From NCBI GenBank assembly GCA_041946805.1, contig JBHGBC010000006.1, positions 29,297-93,296 of the forward strand: a stretch of DNA of 64,000 nt, read 5' to 3'. The translations under genes were made by a program, and so were the position numbers. Source of the stretch: a bacterium. Lineage in GTDB: Bacteria; Hinthialibacterota; Hinthialibacteria; Hinthialibacterales; Hinthialibacteraceae. Positions 29,003-39,089 of the stretch are shown piece after piece (the stretch's first letter is position 1; each line of letters starts with the position of its first letter). Under the pieces are notes generated by a model. It was not told the origin of the DNA. It searched no databases and was given only the letters and a program-made list of their open reading frames with translations.

Positions 29003-29304
29003 ACATTTTTCCTTTTTTCCATAAAGGTTGAGCGGGCTTATTATACTTATCCAGTTGTATAAGAAAAGGATCGCTTATCCTGGCACGGATTTCTCTTTGG
29101 CCGGCTGGTTACTTGTCCAAGGATGGAGGAATTGCCTCGCATTCCTGGAGAAACCGTCAAGATGGCCGGAGGAAACCCTCCGCAATGACTTGCTTTCCCG
29201 GATCGGGAACCGTTCGAACTTGGAAAGGGTATACCGGAATAGGCGCCTGATGGATATTTTATCCAGCCGGAAGAGTAAGGGCAACTTTTTTCGGGGCAAT
29301 TATA

Positions 29305-29332
29305 TTGACAAAAATGATAAACATTATAGATT
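29305..29332 (+). promoter_or_regulatory. Possible sigma70 promoter of the polysaccharide operon
   Basis: TTGACA (29305-29310), 16 bp spacer, TAGATT (29327-29332) in an AT-rich divergent intergenic region. Confidence 0.4.
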
Positions 29333-29622
29333 ATGTCTGGTTCAAGCGGGAATTATAAACCAGAAATTGGATCCCAGGATTTAGGCAAAAGGGGCACGGA
29401 TTAGTTATATTGTATTTTAACATCACTTTTTTTTACTAACATAGTTACCTTCGGGATTTCTGGCATCAAGTATTCTCTCACGCAAGTCACGGCGGCGCGT
29501 ACGACACCCAAATTCATAGCAGGGAATGGATCATTCTGCCTGCATCGCGATCCATCATTCGACGATCCGGCGGGGAATCGCCGCATCCTTGGGAATTATG
29601 CTGGCGGCAGAGGAGGAGAACC

Positions 29623-30831
29623 ATGCTTCGGAAAACCATCCAGTTGTTTTCCCGGTTCATGATGCAACGAAAATATCAAAAACAATTCCAGATGATCCGC
29701 CCGCCGGTGGAAACACGGCGCATCATCGACCGGGAACGGTACCGTGCGGACCGCAATGGGCATGAGCTGTCGTTGATTGTGTTCCAGATCGATCCGGGAG
29801 ACGCGTCTCTCGGGAAAAATTGCCATTTCTTGCATCTCCTGTCCCGGCGGGTGCGCTGTTACGACGAAATCGGCTGGTACGATCCGTCGCATATCGTGGT
29901 GATTTTGCCCTATACCTCGACGTGCGGAGCCAAAAAACTGGCGGAGGATATCGGCAACACCATGGTTCCTGTGTATGAACCGTTGCCCTATTCCATTTAC
30001 AGCTATCCTTCCGATTGGCTGATCTCCCACAATCTTCTTCAATCCAAAGGCGAATTCAACCCAGGTCCGGTCTCCGAGGTCCACCGGAATGGGCCGGTGA
30101 GGATGTCCGCGGTTTCACCGTCTCTGGAGAAGCGGCAAAACGGCGCCGGTACGCCCACGTATTTCATCCCCCCGGGAATCCAGTGGCCACTCAAACCGAG
30201 GCCGGCGCTCGATCCTGAAACCTTGTTTGTCGACCCGCTGCCATTCTGGAAGCGGGCGGTGGATGTGCTCTGCGCCACGGCGGCGTTGGTGGTGTTGTCG
30301 CCCATGTTGCTGACCGTGGCGGCCGCCATCAAATGGACCTCCCCCGGCCCCGTCTTTTTTGTCCAGGAACGGACCGGACACAACTGCCGGCGGTTCACGA
30401 TGTACAAATTCCGGACCATGGTCGATGGGGCCAGCGCCATGCTCGACCAGGTGCGGCATCTCAACGAGATGAACGGGCCGTTGATCAAGATCGAGCGCGA
30501 TCCCCGGCTCACCCCGATCGGCGGATTTCTGCGCAAAACCAGCCTGGATGAATTGCCCCAGCTCATCAACGTGCTCAAGGGAGACATGACCTTGATCGGA
30601 CCGCGGGCCTTGTCGCCGAAGCCGTCGGAATATGACCGCTGGCAGTTGCCGCGGTTCAAGGTGGTTCCGGGCATCGCATGCGCCTGGCAGGCGGAACGGC
30701 GGGGGGACGTGGATTTCAACGAGTGGATGCGCAGCGATTTGAAATACATCCGGGACATATCGCCCTGGAATGATCTCTGTCTTTTGTTCCACACCCTCAA
30801 GGGCGTGGTGTTGTGCCGGGGCGGGCGTTGA
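29623..30831 (+). CDS. Priming phosphoglycosyl transferase with N-terminal degenerate GGDEF-like domain
   Basis: GAGGAG RBS; N-term RERYRADRNGHELSLIVF...RVRCYDEIGWY..IVVILPYT; C-term KRAVDV + TM, PGPVFFVQERTG, KFRTM, DPRLTPIGGFLRKTSLDELPQL, GDMTLIGPR. Confidence 0.88.
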   Translation: MLRKTIQLFSRFMMQRKYQKQFQMIRPPVETRRIIDRERYRADRNGHELSLIVFQIDPGDASLGKNCHFLHLLSRRVRCYDEIGWYDPSHIVVILPYTSTCGAKKLAEDIGNTMVPVYEPLPYSIYSYPSDWLISHNLLQSKGEFNPGPVSEVHRNGPVRMSAVSPSLEKRQNGAGTPTYFIPPGIQWPLKPRPALDPETLFVDPLPFWKRAVDVLCATAALVVLSPMLLTVAAAIKWTSPGPVFFVQERTGHNCRRFTMYKFRTMVDGASAMLDQVRHLNEMNGPLIKIERDPRLTPIGGFLRKTSLDELPQLINVLKGDMTLIGPRALSPKPSEYDRWQLPRFKVVPGIACAWQAERRGDVDFNEWMRSDLKYIRDISPWNDLCLLFHTLKGVVLCRGGR

Positions 30832-30938
30832 GAGCCGGGTTATACGGCGGGATCGTGTGGCCCGGCGGGGGAACGGAGTGTTCTTCACCGGGGGGATTAC
30901 GGGATTATTCAAAAGCGGGGCGATCACACCCATAAGCG

Positions 30939-32048
30939 ATGATAGAACTGATAATAACCTGGGATTATGAACTGCCGGCAGATGGCCGAGGGGATATCCG
31001 CCGGCATATTCTCCAACCCACAACCGATTTGCTGAACGCCTGCAGCCGCCATGGGGCCCGGTTGACCATTCTGGCCGAAGCGGGCGAGTTCATGGCCATG
31101 GAGAGGCAAGAGAACCGGGGTTACCGGGAATCGTTGGGGTATGACCCGGTGGCGATGATCAAACAACAATGGATCGACGCCGTGCGGGGGGGCCATGACG
31201 TTCAACTGCACTTGCATCCCCAGTGGGTCCACGCGCGCTGGAAGGACGGTCAGTGGGATCTGGATTACGCACATTATCAATTGATGGATTTTGATCAGGA
31301 CCGGGCCGTTGCCGTATTGATGCAAGCGCGGCGCTCCCTGGAGGAAGCGATCGCGCCCCAGGCGCCCGGGTACGAATGCATCGGATTCCGGGCGGGCCAT
31401 TGGAACACGCATCCCGCGGAACGCTACCTGGCCGCGCTGCAAGCGGCGGGACTGAAGTCGGACACGTCGGTCTTCAAGGGGGGATACGCCCACAGCAGCA
31501 TGGTGACCTTTGACTACCGCCACGCGGACAGCCACTACCGGGCATGGCGCACGGACGGGCGGGACATCAACCGCCGGTCATCCGGCCCGGGGATTCTCGA
31601 GGTGCCCATCGCCGCCGTGCCCGCCACGCTGTGGGGCATGTTGACGTTCAAGCGGATCTGGAGCGCCATGTCATATCTGCAAGAGGACCGTTTGAATCAG
31701 CGCTTGATCCAAAACCGAAAGAATCCCCCTCCCAATGGCAAAAAAAAGAGCCGGCTGCGGAAATTGTTTCAAACCGTCCCCAAGAAGTTGGATTTTTGCA
31801 AACTGACCGTCCGCGAAATGCGGACCATCACCCGGCGGATTGTCCGGGATCACGCCGGGGAGGCGGACGAACCTGTCCCCCTGGTGATGATCGGCCATTC
31901 CAAGCAGGCCGGAGCGGACAAGGCGTTGGGAAGCTATTTGGATCTCGTCCGGCGCGAGTTCGCCGGTGTGATTCGCTTTTGCTCCTACAGCGATTTCATC
32001 CGGAAGTATGAGCAGTTTGAAGTTCCATCCGTTCCCACGAAAAGGTAA
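30939..32048 (+). CDS. Polysaccharide deacetylase-like (NodB superfamily) protein
   Basis: ITWDYE, GHDVQLHLHPQW, GFRAGHW, DTSVF, LEVPI, VMIGHSK. Confidence 0.75.
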   Translation: MIELIITWDYELPADGRGDIRRHILQPTTDLLNACSRHGARLTILAEAGEFMAMERQENRGYRESLGYDPVAMIKQQWIDAVRGGHDVQLHLHPQWVHARWKDGQWDLDYAHYQLMDFDQDRAVAVLMQARRSLEEAIAPQAPGYECIGFRAGHWNTHPAERYLAALQAAGLKSDTSVFKGGYAHSSMVTFDYRHADSHYRAWRTDGRDINRRSSGPGILEVPIAAVPATLWGMLTFKRIWSAMSYLQEDRLNQRLIQNRKNPPPNGKKKSRLRKLFQTVPKKLDFCKLTVREMRTITRRIVRDHAGEADEPVPLVMIGHSKQAGADKALGSYLDLVRREFAGVIRFCSYSDFIRKYEQFEVPSVPTKR

Positions 32049-32054
32049 ACGAAA

Positions 32055-32834
32055 TTGAAAGAACGAATCTTTATCGGTCAATGTCCTCTGGATCCCGGAA
32101 CGTTGGACGAGCTGGTTCACACGCTGGTGGAGGCCGTCGAAAAGCGGGAGAAACGGAAGGTCACGGGCATCAACGCCATCATGTACATCATGACGCAACG
32201 GGACGAAGCGTACCGGGACCTGGTACGAAAGGCGGATTGCGTCATCAGCGACGGGTTTTGGCTGGCCTTCGCGGCCCGGCGTTTCGGATACCGAGACATC
32301 CACCACATCGCGATCGTGCCCCTGGTCTTTGCGTTGTTGACCGCCCTGCAATCCCAACACCGGCGGGTATTTCTGCTGGGCGCGAAGGAAGACCGGGTCC
32401 GGAAAGCGGCGGAGACCGTGGCGGCGCGGTATCCAGGCCTCACGGTGGCCGGATTCCAAAACGGGTATTTTTCTCTGGAAGACGAGCCGGACATCGCGCA
32501 ACGGATCAATGAATCCCGGGCCGATGTGGTCCTGGTGGGGATGACCTCGCCCAAAAAGGAGGAATGGATGATCCGCAACCAGCCACGGATCGGCGCGCCG
32601 GTGCTGATCGGCGTGGGCGGCCTCTTGGACATCTGGGCGGGGGCCACCGCGGAAGGCCCGATGTGGCTGCGGCGGATCGGCCTGATGTGGCTCTACCGGC
32701 TGGTTCAGGAGCCGCGGCGCATGTGGCGGCGGTACCTGATCGGCAATCCCACGTTTGTGTGGTTGATTTTCAAGGAATGGTGGAAATCCACCCGGCCGGC
32801 GCCCATGGACGCCGGAAAACCGGAAGTGCTGTGA
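32055..32834 (+). CDS. WecB/TagA/CpsF family glycosyltransferase (GT26)
   Basis: ADCVISDG, RVFLLGA, RYPGLTVAGFQNGYF, VGMTSPKKE, GVGGLLD, WLYRLVQEPRRMWRRY. Confidence 0.92.
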   Translation: MKERIFIGQCPLDPGTLDELVHTLVEAVEKREKRKVTGINAIMYIMTQRDEAYRDLVRKADCVISDGFWLAFAARRFGYRDIHHIAIVPLVFALLTALQSQHRRVFLLGAKEDRVRKAAETVAARYPGLTVAGFQNGYFSLEDEPDIAQRINESRADVVLVGMTSPKKEEWMIRNQPRIGAPVLIGVGGLLDIWAGATAEGPMWLRRIGLMWLYRLVQEPRRMWRRYLIGNPTFVWLIFKEWWKSTRPAPMDAGKPEVL

Positions 32835-32870
32835 CCAATGGCCAGAAAATCGAAAGAAGGAGGAAAACGA

Positions 32871-33791
32871 GTGGCGAATATTTTAGTGACAGGCGGGAGA
32901 GGATTCATCGGCGCCAATCTGATCCGCGAACTGCGTTCGCGCGGGCATGACGTGTGGACGGTGGACATCCTGCAAGGCGAGGACGACCGGCACATCAAGG
33001 CGGATGTGGGGGTATATCAGCAGGTGGACGGTGTGTTTCAGAAGCATGCCTTCGATTTCGTGTACCACCTGGCGGCGGAATACGGGCGGTGGAACGGGGA
33101 AGACCATTATGAAAATTTGTGGCGCACCAATGTCATCGGGACCAAGAACATGCTGCGGCTGCAGGAAAAACACCGGTTCAAGATGATCTTCTTCAGCAGC
33201 GCCGAAGTGTATGGCGATTACGACGAGTTGATGAGCGAAGACGTCATGGAGCGGGTGCCCATCCAGCAAATGAACGACTACGCCATCTCCAAGTGGGCGG
33301 GCGAATTGCAATGCCTGAACAGCGCGGCCATGTTCCAGACTGAAACCGTCCGGGTGCGCCCCGTGGGATGCTACGGGCCGCACGAATATTACAGCCGCTA
33401 CCGCGGGGTGATTCCCATCTTCGTGTACAGCTGCCTGCACCACAAGCCGTTCAAGGTGTACCGGGGGCACAAGCGCATCTTCGACTTCGTGGAGGACACC
33501 TGCCGGACCTTCGCCAACATCGCGGACCATTTCAAGCCCGGCGAGGTGTACAACGTCGGCAGCCGCGAGGATTGGGCCATTGATATCGAGGAACTGGCGG
33601 ACATCGTGTTGAAGGAAACCGGGGCCCATCCGAAACTAGCTCAGTATCACGGTTCGGAGGGATTCACCACCCGGGTGAAGGTCGTCGATTTCTCCAAGGC
33701 CCGCCGCGATTTGAAACACGATCCGAAAATCGACATCCACGAAGGCGTGAAGCGCTACGTGGCCTGGATGAAAAAAGTCTATGAAAAATAA
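32871..33791 (+). CDS. NAD-dependent epimerase/dehydratase
   Basis: ILVTGGRGFIG, YHLAAEYG, FSSAEVYG, YAISK; GTG 32871 with AGGAGG RBS (track start 32838). Confidence 0.9.
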   Translation: MANILVTGGRGFIGANLIRELRSRGHDVWTVDILQGEDDRHIKADVGVYQQVDGVFQKHAFDFVYHLAAEYGRWNGEDHYENLWRTNVIGTKNMLRLQEKHRFKMIFFSSAEVYGDYDELMSEDVMERVPIQQMNDYAISKWAGELQCLNSAAMFQTETVRVRPVGCYGPHEYYSRYRGVIPIFVYSCLHHKPFKVYRGHKRIFDFVEDTCRTFANIADHFKPGEVYNVGSREDWAIDIEELADIVLKETGAHPKLAQYHGSEGFTTRVKVVDFSKARRDLKHDPKIDIHEGVKRYVAWMKKVYEK

Positions 33792-33815
33792 ATAAACCCT
33801 GCACCTGAGAAAAGG

Positions 33816-33958
33816 ATGGGCTGGCGCGCAGCGCGTAATCCATCATATCCTGCTCATCCTGGATATCCTGGCCATCCTGATTCAGACCAATTCCCCTCTC
33901 CCTCTGGGAGAGGGTCAGGGTGAGGGAATCATGAAGGGGTGGACCATGAAGCCCGCCC
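33816..33958. repeat. REP mosaic: hairpin, 4x9-bp element and inverted composite doublet
   Basis: GATGGGCTGGCGCGCAGCGCGTAATCCATC; ATCCTGNNN x4 + CAGAC (33847-33887); TCCCCTCTCCCTCTGGGAGAGGGTCAGGGTGAGGGAAT + degenerate GGGGTGGACC..GCCCGCCC. Confidence 0.75.
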
Positions 33959-34042
33959 GGATCCCCGGCGGAATGGATGCTCCTTCCAACTCGCGCGTAC
34001 ATACCGGATTAACCAATCTATAAACCAAAAGGCTGCGAATCG

Positions 34043-35128
34043 ATGGATAACCATAAAAACACCAACTACAAAGAGTACTATCAGGGTAAAAAAGTACTGA
34101 TCACCGGGGGCGCGGGCGCCATCGGGACCAACCTCGCCCGGACCATCGCCGAATTGGGGGCGCAGTTGGTCATCATCCTGGACGACCTGTCCGCGGCGTA
34201 CGAGTGGAACATCCCCTCGCTGCCCAACATCCTGTTTGTTAAAGGCAGCGTGGTGGATGAAATCGTGCTCAAGCGGGTGTTCGGCGAAAAGCCGGACATC
34301 GTTTATCATCTGGCCGCCTTTTTCGCCAACCAGAATTCCGTGGATTATCCCGAGAAGGATCTGACCGTCAACGGCATGGGGACGCTGCGGATCTTCGAGT
34401 ACGCCACTCTGCGCGGCATCGACCGGGTGGTGTACGCGTCGTCCGGATGCTCCATCTATGGCTCCAAGGCGCCGCTGCCCCTGACCGAGGAGTTCATGTC
34501 CATGCATCTGACCACCCCCTACCAGATCACCAAGATGCTGGGCGAACTCTACGCGAACTTCTTCTATCATCATCACGGCCTGCGCGTCGTGAAAACCCGG
34601 TTTTTCAATTCGTACGGCCCGGGCGAAGTCCCCGGCCAGTACCGTAACGTCATTCCCAATTTCATCTACCGCGCCTTGCAAGGCCAGCCGCTGCCTTTCA
34701 CCGGCACGGGCGAGGAGACGCGGGACTTTACCTACGTCATGGACATCGTCGACGCACTGCTGCGGGCGGGGTATTATGAAGAAGCCATCGGCCAGGAGAT
34801 GAACATCGCCTCGGGGCAGGAAGTGAAAATTCTGGAGATGGCGGAAAAGATCAACGAACTGGTCGGCAATCCGGCCGGGATCAAGCGCGCCCAGCCCCGC
34901 GTGTGGGACACCAAGAAACGCCTCCTGGCCTCCATCGGCCGCGCCCGGGAACTGCTGGGGTACGAACCCCAAATGTCTTTTGAACAAGGACTCAAAAACA
35001 CGATACAATGGTTTAAGGACAACTGGGACGCGATCCGGGCCAGCGCCGATTTCCCGCCGGGCATGTCTTCCGCCACCCGGTACATCGGCCAGGAAGAAGT
35101 GAAGGCAAAGGAACTTGTCCATGCGTAA
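34043..35128 (+). CDS. NAD-dependent epimerase/dehydratase
   Basis: VLITGGAGAIG, YHLAAFFANQNSVD, YASSGCSIYG, YQITK, RFFNSYGP, TRDFTYV. Confidence 0.92.
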   Translation: MDNHKNTNYKEYYQGKKVLITGGAGAIGTNLARTIAELGAQLVIILDDLSAAYEWNIPSLPNILFVKGSVVDEIVLKRVFGEKPDIVYHLAAFFANQNSVDYPEKDLTVNGMGTLRIFEYATLRGIDRVVYASSGCSIYGSKAPLPLTEEFMSMHLTTPYQITKMLGELYANFFYHHHGLRVVKTRFFNSYGPGEVPGQYRNVIPNFIYRALQGQPLPFTGTGEETRDFTYVMDIVDALLRAGYYEEAIGQEMNIASGQEVKILEMAEKINELVGNPAGIKRAQPRVWDTKKRLLASIGRARELLGYEPQMSFEQGLKNTIQWFKDNWDAIRASADFPPGMSSATRYIGQEEVKAKELVHA

Positions 35129-36338
35129 CCGTGAATCGAATTCGAAAACGGTCCATCCGGCCTCCCGGCGGCTGCAATGCCTGGTGCTGGTGGGGACGCG
35201 GCCGGAAGCCATCAAAATGGCGCCCGTCGCGATCGGCCTGTACCGGCGGAGCGAGATCGAAACCCGGCTGGTCTTGACCGGGCAGCACCGCGAAATGGTG
35301 GACGAGGTCCTGGATACTTTTCAGTTGGAAGCGGACATCAATCTCAATCTGATGCAGCATTCGCAGACCCTCGCGGGATTCGCTTCACGGGCCTTGAACG
35401 CCTTGCATCTGGAGTTTGAAAAGCAAAAGCCCGATTTGATTCTGGTGCAGGGTGATACCACCACGGCCTTCATCGCTTCCCTGGCCGCCTTCTATTTGAA
35501 CGTCGAAGTGGGGCACGTGGAGGCCGGATTGCGGACCAACAACAAGCGCAGCCCCTTTCCGGAGGAAATCAACCGCCGCCTGATCAGCCTGATCGCCGAC
35601 CTGCACTTCGCGCCCACGCGGGAATCGTATGACACCTTGCTGCGGGAAGGCTTGAATCCCGCTTCGGTTTTTCTGACCGGCAATCCGGTGATGGATGCGC
35701 TGCGCCTGACCCAGGACCGCGGCATCCATCACGCGCGGGATGAGTTTCCTTTCCTCCACGAGGATCTGAAAACCATCCTCGTCACTGCCCACCGGAGGGA
35801 AAACCACGGCGAGCCGCTGCGGCAAATCTGCCGGGCGGTGGCGCGCTTGGTGGAGAGCCATCCGGATGTCCAGGTCATCTGGCCGGTGCATCCCAATCCC
35901 GCGGTGGCCGGCGTGGTGGAGGAACTGCTCGGACGCCAAAAGCGGATCCACCTGGTCATGCCGATCAACTACTGCTCGTTCGTCGGTATTCTCGCGCTCT
36001 GCCACTTGGTCCTGACGGATTCGGGCGGTGTGCAGGAAGAAGCACCGGCCTTCGGCAAGCCGGTGCTCGTGCTGCGGGACACCACCGAGCGGCCCGAGGG
36101 CGTGGCCGCCGGCGCCGCCCGGCTGATCGGTCCCTCGGAAGATGCCATCGTGGAGCATGGGACGCGCTTGTTGCAGGACGAAATGGAGTACCAGGCGATG
36201 TCCAAGGCCGTGAGTCCTTATGGGGACGGCAAGGCATCGGAACGGATCATCGACGCGATTTTGTATCATTATGGATTCACCGCGTCCCCCCCGGAACCGT
36301 ATGTTCCCTTCCGCGAACCCGCCCTGCGCACCGGCTGA
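35121..36338 (+). CDS. wecB: UDP-N-acetylglucosamine 2-epimerase (non-hydrolysing)
   Basis: GTRPEAIKMAPV, TGQHREM, VQGDTTT, HVEAGLRT, SPFPEEINR, TAHRREN, TDSGGVQEEAP, TERPE, PYGDG. Confidence 0.95.
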   Translation: MRNRESNSKTVHPASRRLQCLVLVGTRPEAIKMAPVAIGLYRRSEIETRLVLTGQHREMVDEVLDTFQLEADINLNLMQHSQTLAGFASRALNALHLEFEKQKPDLILVQGDTTTAFIASLAAFYLNVEVGHVEAGLRTNNKRSPFPEEINRRLISLIADLHFAPTRESYDTLLREGLNPASVFLTGNPVMDALRLTQDRGIHHARDEFPFLHEDLKTILVTAHRRENHGEPLRQICRAVARLVESHPDVQVIWPVHPNPAVAGVVEELLGRQKRIHLVMPINYCSFVGILALCHLVLTDSGGVQEEAPAFGKPVLVLRDTTERPEGVAAGAARLIGPSEDAIVEHGTRLLQDEMEYQAMSKAVSPYGDGKASERIIDAILYHYGFTASPPEPYVPFREPALRTG

Positions 36339-36497
36339 GGCCAGGCTTCATCCGGATTATCCTGCGGTAGTTGGATAGGGCCGCGTGGCCCGGTGCCTCT
36401 GTCCTTTCCTCTTTCTTTTTACTAATCTTTAGAAGCATATTGGAACAGGGTGAGGCATCAGCATGGTACCTACAAAACCGTGACCTGCCTTATCGGT

Positions 36498-36532
36498 TCC
36501 CTCTCCCTCTGGGAGAGGGGCCGGGGTGAGGG
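36498..36532 (-). repeat. REP-like hairpin
   Basis: TCCCTCTCCCTCTGGGAGAGGGGCCGGGGTGAGGG. Confidence 0.75.
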
Positions 36533-36736
36533 CCGTGAATGCCGGTCGTCCCGGAAGATCGATCGGCGGGTAATGCGTGTTCCGCTGACTCTGGATTATT
36601 CTGCTTTTCCTGATCCGCTTGATTCCAATCCTTCCTCCTCCAACTCTCTTTCAGTCCCCCTCTTTTTTTTGTACCATGGAATTTGAAAAAGCCTATCATC
36701 AGCACGAAAAATGAATCCGGGGTTCAATCATCCATC

Positions 36737-39031
36737 ATGAATCGGTATTGGCTTCTGATTGGAATTATGGCGCTTCCTGTGATACCTTCCGCGGCGGCCG
36801 GACCGCATGATTTCCATTTTCCCCGCCTCGCGGAACGGTGGGACGAAGCGGTTCCGCTCGGCAACGGCATGCTGGGCGCGTTGATCTGGCAGGAAGGCTC
36901 CCTCCTCCGCTTTTCGCTCGACCGGGCCGACCTGTGGGACAACCGGCCCGTGGAAAATTTCCAAAAGCCCGAGTTCACGTTTGCCTGGATGTATCAAAAA
37001 ATCTTGGAGAAAGACATCCAGTCCGTCCAGGATCTGATCGACAAACCCTACGACCGCGATCCCGCCCCCACCCGCATTCCCGCGGGCCGGCTGGAACTGG
37101 ATCAGGCGCCGTTTGGCCCGGTCCAGGGTGTCACGCTCGATATCCAACAAGCCCTCTGCACGGTGCAGTGGGAATCGGGTATCCGGCTGCAGGCCTTCGT
37201 GCACGCGGACCGGCCGGTGGGGTGGTTCCGGCTGCAAGGATATGAAAAACCTGGGCTCCCGCGCCTTGTTCCGCCGCCCTTTAGCGGAGAAGAGGAAACC
37301 GGTGACCAGCAAGCCAACTCGCTGTCCGGACACAATCTCCAATCGCTGGGCTATCCCGCGCCGGAGGTGACCAGCGGGAAAGACTCGATTACGTACAAGC
37401 AGAAAGGCTGGAGTGGCTTCGAATTTGTCATTCATTGCGCGTGGCAACAACCGGACGCGAAGACCTTCGATTGCGCCTGGTCCATTGTCTCCAATGTGCA
37501 CGAGACAAATCCCGCGGCCGTGGCGGAACGTGAAGTCAACCGCGCCCTGCGCCGCTCGTTCCCCGGCGACCTGGACAGCCACGCGCGGTGGTGGAAAAAA
37601 TATTGGGAACAATCCGCCATCGCCATACCCGATCCGGTTCTCGAAACGCAATGGTACCGCGAACTGTACAAGTTCGGCTCCGCGTCCCGGCGGGGCGCGC
37701 CACCCATCTCGTTACAGGCTGTATGGACGGCGGATGAACGCAAGATTCCGCCTTGGAAGGGGGACTATCATCACGACCTGAACACCGAACTCAGCTATTG
37801 GCCTTGCTATGGCGCCAACCGCTTGGAGGAAGGCCTGTCGTTTTTGGATTGGCTGTGGGCAATCCGGCCGGCGGCGAAAGCCTGGACCCGCAGGTTCTAC
37901 AATCAGGATGGTCTGAACGTACCCGGCGTGACCACTATCCAGGGCGAACCGATGGGCGGATGGCACCAATACACCTGCTCGCCCACCACGGCCGCCTGGC
38001 TGGCGCATCATTTTTATCTCCATTGGCGCTACAGCCAGGACCGGGATTTCCTCAAAACCCGCGCCTATCCCTGGATCCGCGACGTGGCGGTCTTTCTGCT
38101 CGGACATTCGCGGCTCGGTGAAAACGGCGTAAGGCAACTGCCGCTCAGCTCCTCGCCGGAAATCAACGACAACCGCCTCGAGGCTTGGTTCCAAACCACC
38201 ACGAATTACGATCTGGCGTTGATCCGCTGGGTGATCGGCGCGGCGGCGGAACTGGCGGAGGAATTGGGAGAAAAGGCGGATGTCATGACCTGGCGCACCA
38301 TGCTGGACGAATGGCCCGCCCTGGCGCGCGGCGAAAACGGCGGCCGTCTGCTGGTGGCCCCCAACTACCCCCTGCGTGAATCCCACCGCCATTTCTCGCA
38401 CTTGATGGCGATTTTTCCCTTGGGTCTCATCGATCCGGACAACGGGGATGAGGACTGCAAAACCATCGCCAGCTCCCTGGCCGAACTGGAGCGCCTGGGG
38501 CCGGATTGGTGGTGCGGCTATTCCTACGCCTGGCTGGGCAGCCTGTATGCCCGCGCGTACCAGGGAGACAAGGCGGCGGATGCGCTGCGGACCTTCGCGG
38601 AGTGCTTCTGTTCACCCAACTCGTTCCACCTCAACGGCGATCAGACCAAGTCGGGCAAATCCAAAATGACCTACCGGCCTTTCACCCTGGAGGGCAATTT
38701 TGCCTTCGCCGCGGGGGTGCAGGAAATGCTTCTGAAGAGCCACCGGGGGGTCATCCGCGTCTTCCCGGCGGTCCCCGAGTCCTGGCGGGAGGCTTCGTTT
38801 ACCACCCTGCGGGCGGAAGGGGCATTCCTGGTGTCCGCCCGCCGCGCGGCGGGGAAAACCCAGGAGGTCCGCGTTGTCTCCGGAGCGGGAAAAACCCTCC
38901 GGCTGGTGAATCCGTTTGGGGAGGATGAATATACCCTGGAAGGCGTGTCCGAAAACGAGGTCAGTTCCGCCGCTGGCCAGCTGATCATACCCACGAAAAA
39001 AGGAATGACGATTACCTTGCGTAGGAAATAG
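36737..39031 (+). CDS. GH95-like glycoside hydrolase (alpha-1,2-fucosidase family)
   Basis: WDEAVPLGNGMLG, LQAVW, WKGDYHHDLNTELSYW, SSSPE, HRHFSHL, TLEGNFAFAAGVQEMLL, FPAVPESW, LRAEGAFLVSA. Confidence 0.88.
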   Translation: MNRYWLLIGIMALPVIPSAAAGPHDFHFPRLAERWDEAVPLGNGMLGALIWQEGSLLRFSLDRADLWDNRPVENFQKPEFTFAWMYQKILEKDIQSVQDLIDKPYDRDPAPTRIPAGRLELDQAPFGPVQGVTLDIQQALCTVQWESGIRLQAFVHADRPVGWFRLQGYEKPGLPRLVPPPFSGEEETGDQQANSLSGHNLQSLGYPAPEVTSGKDSITYKQKGWSGFEFVIHCAWQQPDAKTFDCAWSIVSNVHETNPAAVAEREVNRALRRSFPGDLDSHARWWKKYWEQSAIAIPDPVLETQWYRELYKFGSASRRGAPPISLQAVWTADERKIPPWKGDYHHDLNTELSYWPCYGANRLEEGLSFLDWLWAIRPAAKAWTRRFYNQDGLNVPGVTTIQGEPMGGWHQYTCSPTTAAWLAHHFYLHWRYSQDRDFLKTRAYPWIRDVAVFLLGHSRLGENGVRQLPLSSSPEINDNRLEAWFQTTTNYDLALIRWVIGAAAELAEELGEKADVMTWRTMLDEWPALARGENGGRLLVAPNYPLRESHRHFSHLMAIFPLGLIDPDNGDEDCKTIASSLAELERLGPDWWCGYSYAWLGSLYARAYQGDKAADALRTFAECFCSPNSFHLNGDQTKSGKSKMTYRPFTLEGNFAFAAGVQEMLLKSHRGVIRVFPAVPESWREASFTTLRAEGAFLVSARRAAGKTQEVRVVSGAGKTLRLVNPFGEDEYTLEGVSENEVSSAAGQLIIPTKKGMTITLRRK

Positions 39032-39044
39032 GAAAGAAAATTTA

Positions 39045-39074
39045 GGAGGGGCGGACGTTCAGGTCCGCCCTCTC
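39045..39074. terminator. Hairpin between convergent genes (GGGCGGAC REP family; may act as terminator)
   Basis: GGAGGGGCGGAC-GTTCAG-GTCCGCCCTCTC. Confidence 0.55.
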
Positions 39075-39089
39075 AGATTTCGTGAATAG

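Noticed and set aside
29080..29097. CTGGCACGGATTTCTCT as a sigma54 promoter
   Set aside because: Good -24 box, but the -12 position reads TC rather than GC
33847..33887. Short periodic repeats as a possible CRISPR array
   Set aside because: Units are 9 bp with no spacer-length unique sequences, and there are no cas genes in the window
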